Source: Mobula birostris (lineage: Eukaryota). Taken from it: 64,000 bases of DNA. Positions 39,085 to 50,325 of the stretch are shown piece after piece; positions within the stretch are counted from its first letter, which is position 1, and each line of letters begins with the position of its first letter. The notes under the pieces are model-generated. The model was not told the DNA's origin and ran no database searches. It saw only the letters and a program-made list of their open reading frames with translations. Location of the stretch: NCBI RefSeq assembly GCF_030028105.1, contig NC_092391.1:51867223-51931222 (forward strand). Reading direction: 5' to 3'. Made by a program: the position numbers and the translations under genes.

Positions 39085-39740
39085 AAAGAAAGCACAATCA
39101 TGCCTCTACTTCCTGAGGAGCTTGTGAAGATTTGGCACGACATCTAAAACTTTGACAAACTTCTATAGATACGTAGTGGAGAGTATATTGACTAGCTACA
39201 TCACAGCCTGGCATGGAAACACCAATGTCCTTGCACGGAAAATACTACAAAAAGTAGTGGTTACGGCCCAGTCCACTCCCCACCATTGAGCACATCTACT
39301 TGAAGCATTGTCGCAGGAAAGCAGCACCCATCATCAGAGAACCCCACCACCCAGATCATGCTCTCTTATTGCTGCTGCCTTCAGGAAGAAGGTATAGGAG
39401 CCTCAGGGCTCACACAACCAGGTTCAGGAACAGTTACTACCCCTCAACCATCAGGCTCTTGAACCAAAAAGGATAATTTCACTCAACCTCACTTGCCACA
39501 ACCTATGGACTCGCTTTCAGAGATTCATCTCATGGTTTTGATTTTTTTTTTTGCTTATTTATTTATTATTAATATTCTGTTCATTTTGTATTCGCATTGT
39601 GGTTGAACGCTGGTCTTTCATTGATTCTATTATGGTTATTATTCCATTATGGATTAAGTATGCCTGCAAGAAAAATGAATCTCATGGTTGTATATTGTAA
39701 CAAATATGTACTTTGATAATAAATTTACTCTGAACTATCA
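39085..39740 (+). mobile_element. Rex1/Babar 3' fragment, host of the L1 insertion (5' part at ~34800-34887)
   Basis: Sequence joins seamlessly across the L1 TSD; same C-terminal motifs as the other copies. Confidence 0.85.
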
Positions 39741-40041
39741 AATACCAACAGCTCCTGGTAGGTTAGCTGCTCCTTAATTTCTCTGGTATCCGTGGGTCAC
39801 TGGTGTGAAAGCAAGCCAGCAGCACTTCCTTATGTAAAAATGACTGCACATTAACCAACTAGGAATCCCTTTGTGATACTGTAGGAATACATAGGAAACC
39901 GGAGCGTGAAGGACAGCTTCACCATTCAGTCATAACTGATTCTATCAGGCATCAATACCACTCTGTTCACGGTGTGTGGAGGGCAATTAAATAAGCTTTT
40001 AATCCACAGCCTACACAGAATAATACAAAGCTATCTAGCAG

Positions 40042-40504
40042 CATCCACACCAAGGTGAAGCTGTACCAGAGCTATGTTCTGTCCACACTCAGAATGCTGG
40101 TGCCTGACAGAGAGCGACCTTACCAAGCTGCCGTCACTCCGCACCATGAGCCTCCAAAGGTCCTCTGTATCTTCTGGCCAAGAAAGATCTCCAACCATGC
40201 CCTTCTCCTTCAGTGTCATCAAGAGGACATGGCCACAATCATCACGAGGAAATGATGGAGATGGATTGGGCATGTGATGAGAAGAGATGCAAACTCCATC
40301 ATCAAGGCTGCACTTCATTGGGCCCCTGAAGGCAGAGGAAACACGGGAGACGAAAGACAACTTGGCGCTGTACCACAGAGGCAGAAATGAGGACCCTGAA
40401 CCACAACTGGGGCACAATAGAGAAGATGGCCAAGGACAGACAGAGATGGAGGACCTTCACTGCAATCCTAAATGCCAGTGGCATAACAGGCTGTAAATAG
40501 GTAC
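40042..40504 (+). mobile_element. RTE-clade LINE 3' fragment with 8-bp TSD
   Basis: SECW.LTE, IFWP.KISN, RWIGHVMRR, KTTWR, DRQRWR remnants; TCTAGCAG at 40034-40041 and 40505-40512. Confidence 0.78.
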
Positions 40505-40557
40505 TCTAGCAGGTGAATGAAGGAAATATCTTACTTCAGCTACAAGTAAAAACTTAC

Positions 40558-40664
40558 CTTTAAATAACGGCACCCACTCTGATAGGTCTGTGAAGTTGGA
40601 GTTTCCCCTCCGTGCTACGTAATCCGCTGGCACAAGATTGAGCAGATTTTCATAAACAGTGGAC
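40558..40664 (-). CDS. TCTN2: TCTN2 exon (~14): STVYENLLNLVPADYVARRGNSNFTDLSEWVPLFK
   Basis: tgacag|G acceptor and G|gtaagt donor; 107 nt, phase 2 to 1; VA.RGNS...DLS.W. Confidence 0.9.
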
Positions 40665-40891
40665 CTGTCATACATCAGAAGGGCATCAGGCAAGCACTGG
40701 AAATCAGAGCATTACTACTGTGCCAACGCACTCTGACAGCTAATCTCAGAGAGGTGCCCAAGTTATCTGAGTCAAACGTGCAGTCATACAGCACAGAAAT
40801 AAGCCCTTCAGCCCAACTGACCTGTGCTGACCATGATTCCCTATCTAAGCTAATCCCATTTTCCACATGTCTGGCCCATATCCCTCTAAAC

Positions 40892-40972
40892 CAGGGGTTC
40901 TCAGCCTGGCGTCCATGGACCCCTTGCTTACTGGTATTGGTTCATGATATAAAATAAGGTTTGGAACCTCTG
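40892..40972 (+). mobile_element. ~80-bp hAT-type MITE, copy 2 (inside a CR1 tail)
   Basis: 8-bp TSD CTCTAAAC/CTCCAAAC; same internal sequence. Confidence 0.8.
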
Positions 40973-41787
40973 CTCCAAACCTTTCCTATCCATGTACTAA
41001 CGTAAGTTGTGGGCATGCTATGTTGGCGCCAGAAACATAACGACACTTGCAGACCACCCCAGCACATCCTCATTGTCACAAATGAGGTATTTCACTGTAA
41101 GTTTCAATGTAAATGTGACAAATAAAACTAATCCTTATCTTTCACTTGTCAGGACTGCAGCCCTGAGGTACTTGCCCAAGTAATGGCAACACGGAGTCAG
41201 AGGATGCGCAGCAAATTCACAACAAATTTAGGAAGTATGTGAGAAATCCTGGTGGTCCCGAACCCTTCATAAACCCAGTGTACAGTGTCCTGGTGGGACT
41301 TCAATAGCAACATGACATTCAAACTGTTGATTCAGACCTGTGTAAATATTTCAAAGATGGTACTGAACTAATTGCTAGAGTAAAGCAAACCTCAATTGTC
41401 ATTCACACTTGTTAGATTAATTCATTAAGCATTTTCCATTGGGGAAGAAACAGAAGGGGATTGAGCTCAGGAAAATGGAAGTAAAAAAAATCCAAACTGA
41501 AGCAATCAACGCAAGGCACCAGAAATGCAGAACAGCCTCTGAAATGTGAGGATCATAGTTGTGTAAGGAGCAGAACATTCTGAAATAATTCACTCTGGTT
41601 GCTTTTCATTTCACTGCTCCTCATTACCATGGGGACAATACTTTAAAGAACTTCACTGGTGTTGGATTGACTGTTTAATTCTTAGATTAAACTGTTTAAT
41701 TGTTATTTTCTTTGCAACTTAATAATTATCTGCTTGCATTTTAAGTAATTCTTAACATGCACATAACTATTTAATACACCTCTAGCA

Positions 41788-41868
41788 CAGAGGTTGCCAA
41801 CCATTTTTTATGCCATGGACCAATACCATTAAGCAAGGGGTCCGTGGACCCCAGGGTGGGAGCCCCTG
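41788..41868 (-). mobile_element. ~80-bp hAT-type MITE, copy 3
   Basis: 8-bp TSD CTCTAGCA/CTCTAGTG; reverse orientation. Confidence 0.8.
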
Positions 41869-42317
41869 CTCTAGTGGCTATACAAAGTACAATTCTGAAA
41901 AGCTCTGGAAGTTTCTTTGTGCTGCATTAAGTGAATAAGTACTTCCTCATTGGTTAACTTGGTACTGGGTATTCAAATACATACTTTCTAATTGGTTGTC
42001 TCTGGTCTACATATTTGTATGGAAATTTTCATATTTGTGTATAAAAATAGCGGCTTTATCCTAGGGACCATCTCTAGTTTCTCATTCTTTTTTAATTTTA
42101 GCTTTCCCCTATCACTGTCTGTTTCAACTTTCCTGTTCTATCAACTCTTAATAAAACAAACTCTTAATAAAGGAACCTTGGATTAAAAACACCAGAATCT
42201 AACACTGGGTATGAAGTATTTAAGGAATGTCTCATTGTTGTCAATTGAGTTACGGAAATGTAACTACCTCATTGCAAGATTTAAACACTTTTTTTAATCC
42301 AATGGAAGTGAGGATCC

Positions 42318-43685
42318 AGTGGTTGGTAAGTTGATGGAGAAGATCCTGAAAGGCAGGATTTATGAACATTTGGAGAGGCATAATATGATTAGGAATAGTC
42401 AGCATGGCTTTGTCAAAGACAGATCGTGCCTTATGAGCCTGATTGAACTTTTTGAGGATGTGACTAAACACATCGATGATGGTAGGGCAGTAGATGTAGT
42501 GTATATGGATTTCAACAAGGCATTTGATAAGGTACCACATGCAAGGCTTATTGAGAAAGTAAGGAGGCATGGGATCCAAGGGGACATTGCTTTGTGGATC
42601 CAGAACTAGTTTGCCCACAGAAGGCAAACAGTGGTTGTAGATGGATCATATTCTGCATAGAGGTCGGTCACCAGTGGTGTGCCTCAGGGATCTGTTCTGG
42701 GACACCACTCTTTGTGATTTTTATAAATGACCTGGATGAAGAAGTGGAGGGATAGGTTAGTAAATTTGCTGATGACACAAAGGTTGGAGGTGTTGTAGAT
42801 AGTGTGGAGGGCTGTCAGAGGTTACAGGAGGACATTGATAGGATGTAAAACTGGGCTGAGAAGTGGCAGATGGAGTTCAACCCAGATAAGTGTGAGGTGG
42901 CTCATTTTGGTAGGTCAAATATGATGGCAGAATATAGTATTAATGGTAAGACTCTTGGCAGTGTGGAGGATCAGAGAGATCTTGGGGTCAGAGTCCATAG
43001 GACACTCAAAGCTGCTGTGCAGGTTGATTCTGTGGTTAAGAAAGCATACCATGCATTGGCCTTCATGAATTGTGGGATTGAGTTTAGGAGCCAAGAGGTA
43101 ATGTTGCAGCTACTGTATATAGGAGCCTGGTCAAACCCCACTTGGAGTATTGTGCTCAGTTCTGGTCGCCTCACTACAGGAAGGATGTGGAAACCATAGA
43201 AAGGGTGCAGAGGAGATTTACAAGGACGTTGCCTGGATTGGGGAGCTTGCCTTATGAGAAAAGTTGAGTGAACTTGGCCTTTTTTCCTTGGAGCGACAGA
43301 GGATGCAAGGTGACCTGATAGAGGTGTATAAGATGATGAAAGGCATTGATCATGTGGATAGTCAGAGGCTTTTTCCCAGGGCTGAAGTGGCTAGCACAAG
43401 AGGACATAGTTTTAAGGTGCTTGGAAGTAGGTACAGAGGAGATGACAGGGGTAAGTTTTTTTATGCAGAGAGTGGTGAGTGCGTGAATGAGCTGCCGGCG
43501 ACGGTGGTGGAGGCAGATACGATAGGGTCTTTTAAGAGACTCCTGGACAGGTACATGGAGCTCAGAAAAATAAGAGGGCTATGGGTAACCTTAGGTAATT
43601 TCTCAGGTAAGGACATGTTCGACACAGCTTTGTGGGCCGAAGGGCCTGTATTGTGCTGTAAGTTTTCTATATTTCTATGTTTCTA
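42318..43685 (+). mobile_element. CR1 LINE 3' part (second subfamily)
   Basis: [25 protein letters not shown]; TTTCTATG tail. Confidence 0.9.
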
Positions 43686-43710
43686 AAGGTCAACAGGTTG
43701 CTTTTTTCTC

Positions 43711-43858
43711 CAGTTAAACTCACTTTGTCGCACATACAGATTAAACTCACCTGGACACACATACAAGTTAAACTCACCAGTACACACATACAGATTAAAC
43801 TCACCTGGGTGCACATACAGGTTAAACTCACCAGTACATACATACAGATTAAACTCAA
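43711..43858. repeat. 27-bp minisatellite x ~5.5 with alternating units
   Basis: AG(A/G)TTAAACTCACC(TGG/AGT)..ACATAC. Confidence 0.9.
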
Positions 43859-44002
43859 TTGCAGACTTGTCCTTTCATTGTAGAAACAGCAGCCAAAGGC
43901 AAGTGCGGTGGAACAGTCCACAAGAACATTAGCTATTTAACATTTTTGCCAAATTAACGTGACTATCAAACCCTTGAGAGAGTCAAACAATTGCTTACAC
44001 AC

Positions 44003-44120
44003 CGAAGAGCAGTACAGTTTTCAAAATCATCAATGCCAAGGCGCAACAGGCAGCCGGAGGTTGAGTCCTCTCCAAACAATAACAACATGGTTTCAGTTGA
44101 TGAGCACAACCCATTTCCAA
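44003..44120 (-). CDS. TCTN2: TCTN2 exon (~13): VGNGLCSSTETMLLLFGEDSTSGCLLRLGIDDFENCTALR
   Basis: ttccag|TT acceptor. The donor CG|gtgtgt is required by the phase-2 start of the next exon. 118 nt; GLC...LFGE...SGCLL...ENCT.LR. Confidence 0.9.
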
Positions 44121-44564
44121 CTGGAAAACAAAATGGAATAAAAATAGATTTTACAAAAGCAGATTTTTTTTTCAAATGTTGCTGACATTTATTTGTTTAG
44201 AGACACAGCATGGAACAGACTTCCAGCCTGATGAGCCACGCAGCCTAGCAACCCATAGATTAAACCCTAGCCTAATCACAGGACGATTTACAATGACAAT
44301 TATCTATTAAGCAGTATCTCTTCGGACTGTGGGAGGAAAGCGGAGAAAACTCATATGCTGACGGGAATGATGTACAAACTAATAAAAAGAAAGTACAAGT
44401 CTTCTCGTAACCGACGACAGAGTTTTTTGATGAAGTAATAGAGAAGGTTGATGACAGAAATACGGTTGATGTTATCCGTAGGACATCCCGAAGGCATCAG
44501 ATCAAGGTGACACATGACAGACTCATCATCAAGACTGATGCTCATGGAATAGAAGGTGCTACAA

Positions 44565-45085
44565 GGCAAGTTTATTGTCATCTGTACGTTACTAGGGACA
44601 TGCACACTTGCAGCAGTATCACGTAAATACGGACAACACACAGAATATAAATTGTACACAAATTATATAAAACTGTTTTCACTGCAAAGAAAAATGGCAA
44701 AACTTCAGACCAAGACCCTTCATCTGGACTGGGTTTATTGCAAGAATGAGCAGAGGCAATAAAAAAAAGAAAACAGAGATATCATTTGTTGGAGGGGGCA
44801 GGGTAGAGAAATGGTTTAGAAAGGAAAAAGAAAAAACAGAAAAAAGTCCATGGTAATGCGCGAGGTTATTAATACTGCTCTTTTGCTGAGGTAGGACTAG
44901 GGCTGTGCAAGTTGGTTGAAGAATCTGATGGTTGTAGGAAAGTAGCTGTTCCTGAACCTGGTGGTGTGGGACTTCAGACATCTGTACCTCCCGCCCAACA
45001 CTAGCAATGAGAAGGGGACATGAGCTGATTGTTGGGGATACTTGAATGATAGGTGCTGCCTTCCTGAAACCTCCTGTAGATGCTG
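44565..45085 (-). mobile_element. Rex1/Babar 3' fragment interrupted by a 123-bp copied patch
   Basis: Minus ORF RKAAPII...; 3' tail at ~44565. Confidence 0.7.
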
Positions 45086-45460
45086 TCAGTGGCAGAAGGG
45101 CTGTGTCCACCACTCGCAGTGGAAAGGAGGACTGGTGCCAGTGGTGGGAAGGACTGTCTTCACCACTGTTGATGGTGTCAATGGCGAAAAGGCCTGGTGT
45201 CGGGGTGGGGCGGGCTGATGTCAACAGAGAGGAGGACTGGTGTCAGCTGTGGGAAGGACTGCGTCTATCACTGTCAATGGTGAGAAGGGCAGGTATCAGT
45301 GGTGGGGCGGGCTGTGTCCATCACTGTCAATGGTTCATTGGTGAGGAGGACTGAAGTCAGTGGCGGGGAGGACTGCGCCCCGATGGACAGGCTGTGTCCA
45401 TCACTGTCAATGGTTTGATGGTGGGGAGGACTGGTGTCAGTGGCGGGGAGGACGGTATTG
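45085..45460. repeat. Degenerate G-rich minisatellite
   Basis: Repeated GGAGGACTGGTGTCAGTGGCGGG and CTGTGTCCATCACTGTCAATGG blocks. Confidence 0.7.
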
Positions 45461-46214
45461 GTGATAAACTGCACTATATCCACTACCCTACAGCATCCTG
45501 TGCTCCACACATTGAAATTGCTGTACCTGCTAAAATGCAACAGCCTGGATAGAAAATTAGGCCATCAATAGAAAACAGTAGCAGTAAAATGTGATTTTCC
45601 ACATTATAGGAAGTTTACTGTAAATTTGGAGTACAACAACTGCAAGGACAATAAAGGCTCAAGATGGTAGATTGGGTAAATTGGTGGGAGATTCAATTTA
45701 AAGGTGAAAAAATGAAACTTTTCACTTATTGCAACGCACATAAAATGCTAGAGGAACTCAGCAAATCAGGCAGTATCTATGGAAATGAACAAACAGTCAA
45801 AACTTCAGACCAAGACCCTTCATCTGGACTGGGTTTATTGCAAGAATGAGCAGAGACAATAAAAAAAAGAACACAGAGATATCATTTGTTGGAGAGGGCA
45901 GGGTAGAGAAATGATTTAGAAGTCACATGGAATCCTGGCACTATAAACAGAGGCATGGTGCTCAACAACATGGAACAATAAACCATTACAAACACAGAAG
46001 TAATGAATCCTGCCTGAACATCATACTTTATTATGAAGACACAAAAGAAATTGAATAAAAGAACTACAGGGATGATGGTATTTACTTATCGGTATAGATG
46101 AGAGGTGCCAGAGCAAGTGGATAAGGCAAGTACAATAACAATTTTTAAAATACAGTTGGATGGCTACATTAATTAGAAAAGTTTAGAAAGTTGTGGGCTG
46201 GTAAATAGGACTAA

Positions 46215-47521
46215 CTAGACAACGGGGTGACCCATTGGGGCACCCTTTCAGAGAAGGGTAGTGCAGTCTGATGTGACCAGAATGAACGTTAAGTTTTCCT
46301 GAATGCTATTGGCATCGCTTTGCTTTGGAAATTGAAGAAAACCTCAGTTTATTAAAGAAGAACGACGCGTAGCAAAGCAAATATAGCTCCTCCTCGTTTA
46401 ACGAAGGACACTTTTGATGGCATCATTTCTGGTCAATCTGCCACCCTTGTGCCTCTTGTTGTCATTCTGGAGACATGCAGTCCTTTCATCCACCATCTCT
46501 TCATCTCTTCTGCTGTTTATTCTTTGTCTCTGATCTTGGAGATGTGCATTTTTCTGCTCCTTTGTCTCTTCCTCTCTCTTCCTCCTGTGCCTGTTTTTGT
46601 CATTCTGGAGACGTGCAGCCCTTTCATCCCCCGTCTCCTCATCTCTTCTGCTTGTTTGTTGTTTGTCTCCGATCCTGGAGAGGTGCACTTTTCAGCTCCT
46701 TTGTCTCTTTGTCTCTCTTTCTTCTATGCTAGTTGTTGTCATTTTGGAGACGTGCATGCATCTCCTCCTCTGTCTCTTCTTCTCTCATCTCTTTTGTCCT
46801 GACTCTGATCCTGGAGTCGTGTGGCCCTGGCCTCACCCAGTTCTTGTTCTCTCCCTCTCCTTGCCACTTCCCAACATCGCTTGGCGTCATCTCTTGACCA
46901 TATTGTCCCCTTCTCTTTCCATGCGGCATAATTAGGTTGACCATATTTTTTTACCCTAATGCTGGGTAGAAGATACGAAGCAGTAACACCAAAGCCTCCA
47001 AGATGCTGATTATTCTTGATGATGTGGTTGGCGTTCTCCTAAATGGACGTGATATAGTCACCACTGTCCTTTGACTGCAATAAAGGGTTTGATGGGTGTC
47101 TCGAAGTACGTCATTACAATAATTACTTATCTCTTATTGATGGGTCTCAGTTTGATCTGTCCCAATCCTGCACATGCTGATGGTGATTAGCAGAAAGTGA
47201 CCGCTCGAAATAGAGCTGCCCTGCCCTTTGGCTCCTGTAGGTGTTGCTTCTGAGGCTGGCCATGCGCATGCGTCGTGGTGTTGCATCGCAGTTTCCGTCA
47301 TGGCTGACATCGGCTCTTGGGTGAAAGCAGGGCTGTTGATTTTGGCGAGTGAGCGACTTTATACGAACATATAACCCTGAACTTTGCCTGCATTCTGTAA
47401 GTTGGCGCATTTTAAGTTGACTTAGCCAAAAATAGTGCTGCTGTAATGCACCATTTGCGCTAATTGGAGGTCACAAACAGACAACTAGAGCATGAGAGTT
47501 TTAGCAGTATGTAGATATAGA
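46215..47521 (-). mobile_element. Non-autonomous Helitron (1307 bp) with complete termini and STPR-like repeat remnant
   Basis: 5' TC (TCTATATCTACATACT...), 3' hairpin GGGTGCCCCAATGGGTCACCC followed by CTAG, inserted between A and T with no TSD; splits a CR1 3' tail; 69-bp repeats encode R.EET..ER.ARLQ.D units. Confidence 0.85.
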
Positions 47522-47849
47522 TGGGAATCTTTGTCGCATGGAACAGTTATGCTGAAGGGGCTGCTTCTGTGCTGTATCAATCTCTAATTCTATGGGAAGT
47601 TTTTATCTTCAACCACTGGAACAGAGGAGGGTGCAGATAGAGTCAGTTACAGCCATTCATCCTTTGGCCCCATTCGTCCATGCCGGCCAAGTTGCCTTCT
47701 TGCCTGTAGTTGTGCTTCTGTGCATTCAAAACATCAATGACAGACAGGAATAACAGAGTGAAAATTTACAGGGCAGTCTGTGACCTCGGCGTTATGTGTT
47801 TTTTTTTTCCTCTCCCTCTCCTTCTAATGACCAAAACAAAATGCATCAC

Positions 47850-47933
47850 CTGGTCGCCATATTCTTAAAGGGACTTTCTGCAAATTCTTGCCTCTCTCAA
47901 GGGCAGCCAGAACCGGTCTTCCAACCAAGTAAC
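47850..47933 (-). CDS. TCTN2: TCTN2 exon (~12): GYLVGRPVLAALERGKNLQKVPLRIWRP
   Basis: tttcag|GT acceptor and G|gtgatg donor; 84 nt; completes SGNPGY..G.PV. Confidence 0.9.
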
Positions 47934-48193
47934 CTGAAATGAACAGAGAACATTTCACCATTCTGTACAGTGGACAGGTTTCATTTATTTAATTATTTTA
48001 TTGACGTAAGGGTGGAATAGGCCCCTTTGAGCCACACCACCCAGTAATCTCCCAATTTAACCCTGGCCTAAACACTAGACAATTTACCAATCAGTACGTC
48101 TTTGGACTGTGGGAGGAAACTCACGTAGTCACAGGAAGAATGTACAAACTCCTTATGGGCAGCAGTGGGAATTGAACCCAGGTCACCTGTTTA

Positions 48194-50325
48194 CCCCTCA
48201 ATCGTGACCCCACCAAGGAGCACCAGGCCATTGTCTCCCACACCATCACCGACTTCATCCGCTCAGGGGATCTCCCATCCACTGCTACCAACCTTATAGT
48301 TTCCACACCCCGCACTTCCCGTTTCTACCTCCTACCCAAGATCCACAAACCTGCCTGTCCTGGCCGACCTATTGTCTCAGCTTGCTCCTGCCCCACCGAA
48401 CTCATTTCTGCATACCCCGACACAGTTTTATCACCCCTTGCTCAATCCCTTCCGACCTATGTTCGTGACACTTCTCACGCTCTTAAACTTTTCGATGATT
48501 TTAAGTTCCCTGGCCCCCACCGCTTTATTTTCACCATGGATGTCCAGTCCTTATATACTTCCATCCCAAATCAGGAAGGTCTCAAAGCTCTACGCTTCTT
48601 TTTGGATTCCAGACCTAATCAGTTCCCCTCTACCACCACTCTGCTCCGTCTAGCGGAATTAGTCCTGACTCTTAATAATTTCTCCTTTGGCTCCTCCCAC
48701 TTCCTCCAAACTAAAGGTGTAGCTATGGGCACCCGTATGGGTCCTAGCTATGCCTGCCTTTTTGTTGGGTTTGTGGAACAATCTATGTTCCATGCCTATT
48801 CTGGTATCTGTCCCCCACTTTTCCTTCGCTACATCGACGACTGCATTGGCGCTGCTTCCTGCACGCATGCAGAACTCGTTGACTTCATTAACTTTGCCTC
48901 CAACTTTCACCCTGCCCTCAAGTTTACCTGGTCCATTTCCGACACCTCCCTCCCCTTTCTAGATCTTTCTGTCTCTGTCTCTGGAGACAGCTTATCCACT
49001 GATGTCTACTATAAGCCTACTGACTCTCACAGCTATCTGGACTATTCCTCTTCTCACCCTGTCTCTCGCAAAAACGCCATCCCCTTCTCGCAATTCCTCC
49101 GTCTCCGCCACATCTGCTCTCAGGATGAGGCTTTTCATTCTAGGACGAGGGAGATGTCTTCCTTTTTTAAAGAAAGGGGCTTCCCTTCCTCCACTATCAA
49201 CTCTGCTCTTAAACACATCTCCCCCATTTCACGTACATCTGCTCTCACTCCATCCTCCCGCCACCCCACTAGGAATAGGGTTCCCCTGGTCCTCACCTAC
49301 CACCCCACCAGCCTCCCGGTCCAACATATTATTCTCCGTAACTTCCGCCACCTCCAACGGGATCCCACCACTAAGCACATCTTTCCCTCTCCCCCTCTCT
49401 CTGCATTCCGCAGGGATCGCTCCCTACACAATTCCCTTGTCCATTCGTCCCCCCATCCCTCCCCACTGATCTCCCTCCTGGCACTTATCCGTGTAAGCAG
49501 AACAAGTGCTACACATGCCCTTACACTTCCTCCCTTACCACCATTCAGGGCCCCAAACAGTCCTTCCAGGTGAGGCGACACTTCACCTGTGAGTCGGCTG
49601 GGGTGATATACTGCATCCGGTGCTCCCGATGTGGCCTTTTATATATTGGCGAGACCCAACGCAGACTGGGAGACCGCTTTGCTGAACATCTACGCTCTGT
49701 CCGCCAGAGAAAGCAGGATCTCCCAGTGGCCACACATTTTAATTCCACATCCTATTCCCATTCTGACATGTCTATCCACGGCCCCCTCTACTGTAAAGAT
49801 GAAGCCACACTCAGGTTGGAGGAACAACACCTTATAATCCGTCTGGGTAGCCTCCAACCTGATGGCATGAACATCGACTTCTCTAACTTCCGCTAAGGCC
49901 CCACCTCCCCCTCGTACCCCATCTGTTACTCATTTTTATGCACACATTCTTTCTCTCACTCTCCTTTTTCTCCCTCTGTCCCTCTGAATATACCTCTTGC
50001 CCATCCTCTGGGTCCCCCCCCCCAACCTTGTCTTTCTTCCCGGACCTCCTGTCCCATGATCCTCTCGTATCCCCTTTTGCCTATCACCTGTCCAGCTCTT
50101 GGCTCTATCCCTCCCCCTCCTGTCTTCTCCTATCATTTTGGATCTCCCTCTCCCCCTCCAACTTTCAAATCCCTTACTCACTCTTCCTTCAGTTAGTCCT
50201 GACGAAGGGTCTCGGCCTGAAACGTCGACTGCACCTCTTCCTACAGATGCTGCTTGGCCTGCTGCGTTCACCAGCAACTTGATGTGTGTTGCTTGAATTT
50301 CCAGCATCTGCAGAATTCCTGTTGT
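48194..50325 (+). mobile_element. Penelope-like retroelement (Neptune-type: RT, Cys knuckle, GIY-YIG), 5'-truncated and very young
   Basis: Open frame from the 5' junction: FYLLPKIHK..PGRPIVS, DVQSLYT, GVAMGT, RYIDD. One frameshift in a C-run at ~49450, then CKQNKCYTC and GVIYCIRC..CGLLYIGET..R. TSD TCACCTGTTTA at 48183-48193 and 50326-50336. Confidence 0.93.
50195..50230 (+). ncRNA. Minimal type I hammerhead ribozyme in the Penelope-like 3' region
   Basis: AGTC-CTGACGA-AGGgtctcggCCT-GAAA-CG-TC-GACT: intact core, stem I AGTC/GACT, palindromic ACGT stem III; predicted cleavage after C50226. Confidence 0.85.

Noticed and set aside
45487-45526. Exon-like segment (RYSNFNVWSTG) resembling TCTN2
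   Set aside because: The true exon is 47850-47933, which has the GY..G.PV motif and the correct phase; this segment lacks a compatible donor.
49570-49896. Free-standing GIY-YIG homing endonuclease
   Set aside because: It is the frameshifted C-terminus of the Penelope-like RT ORF inside a single TSD-bounded element.
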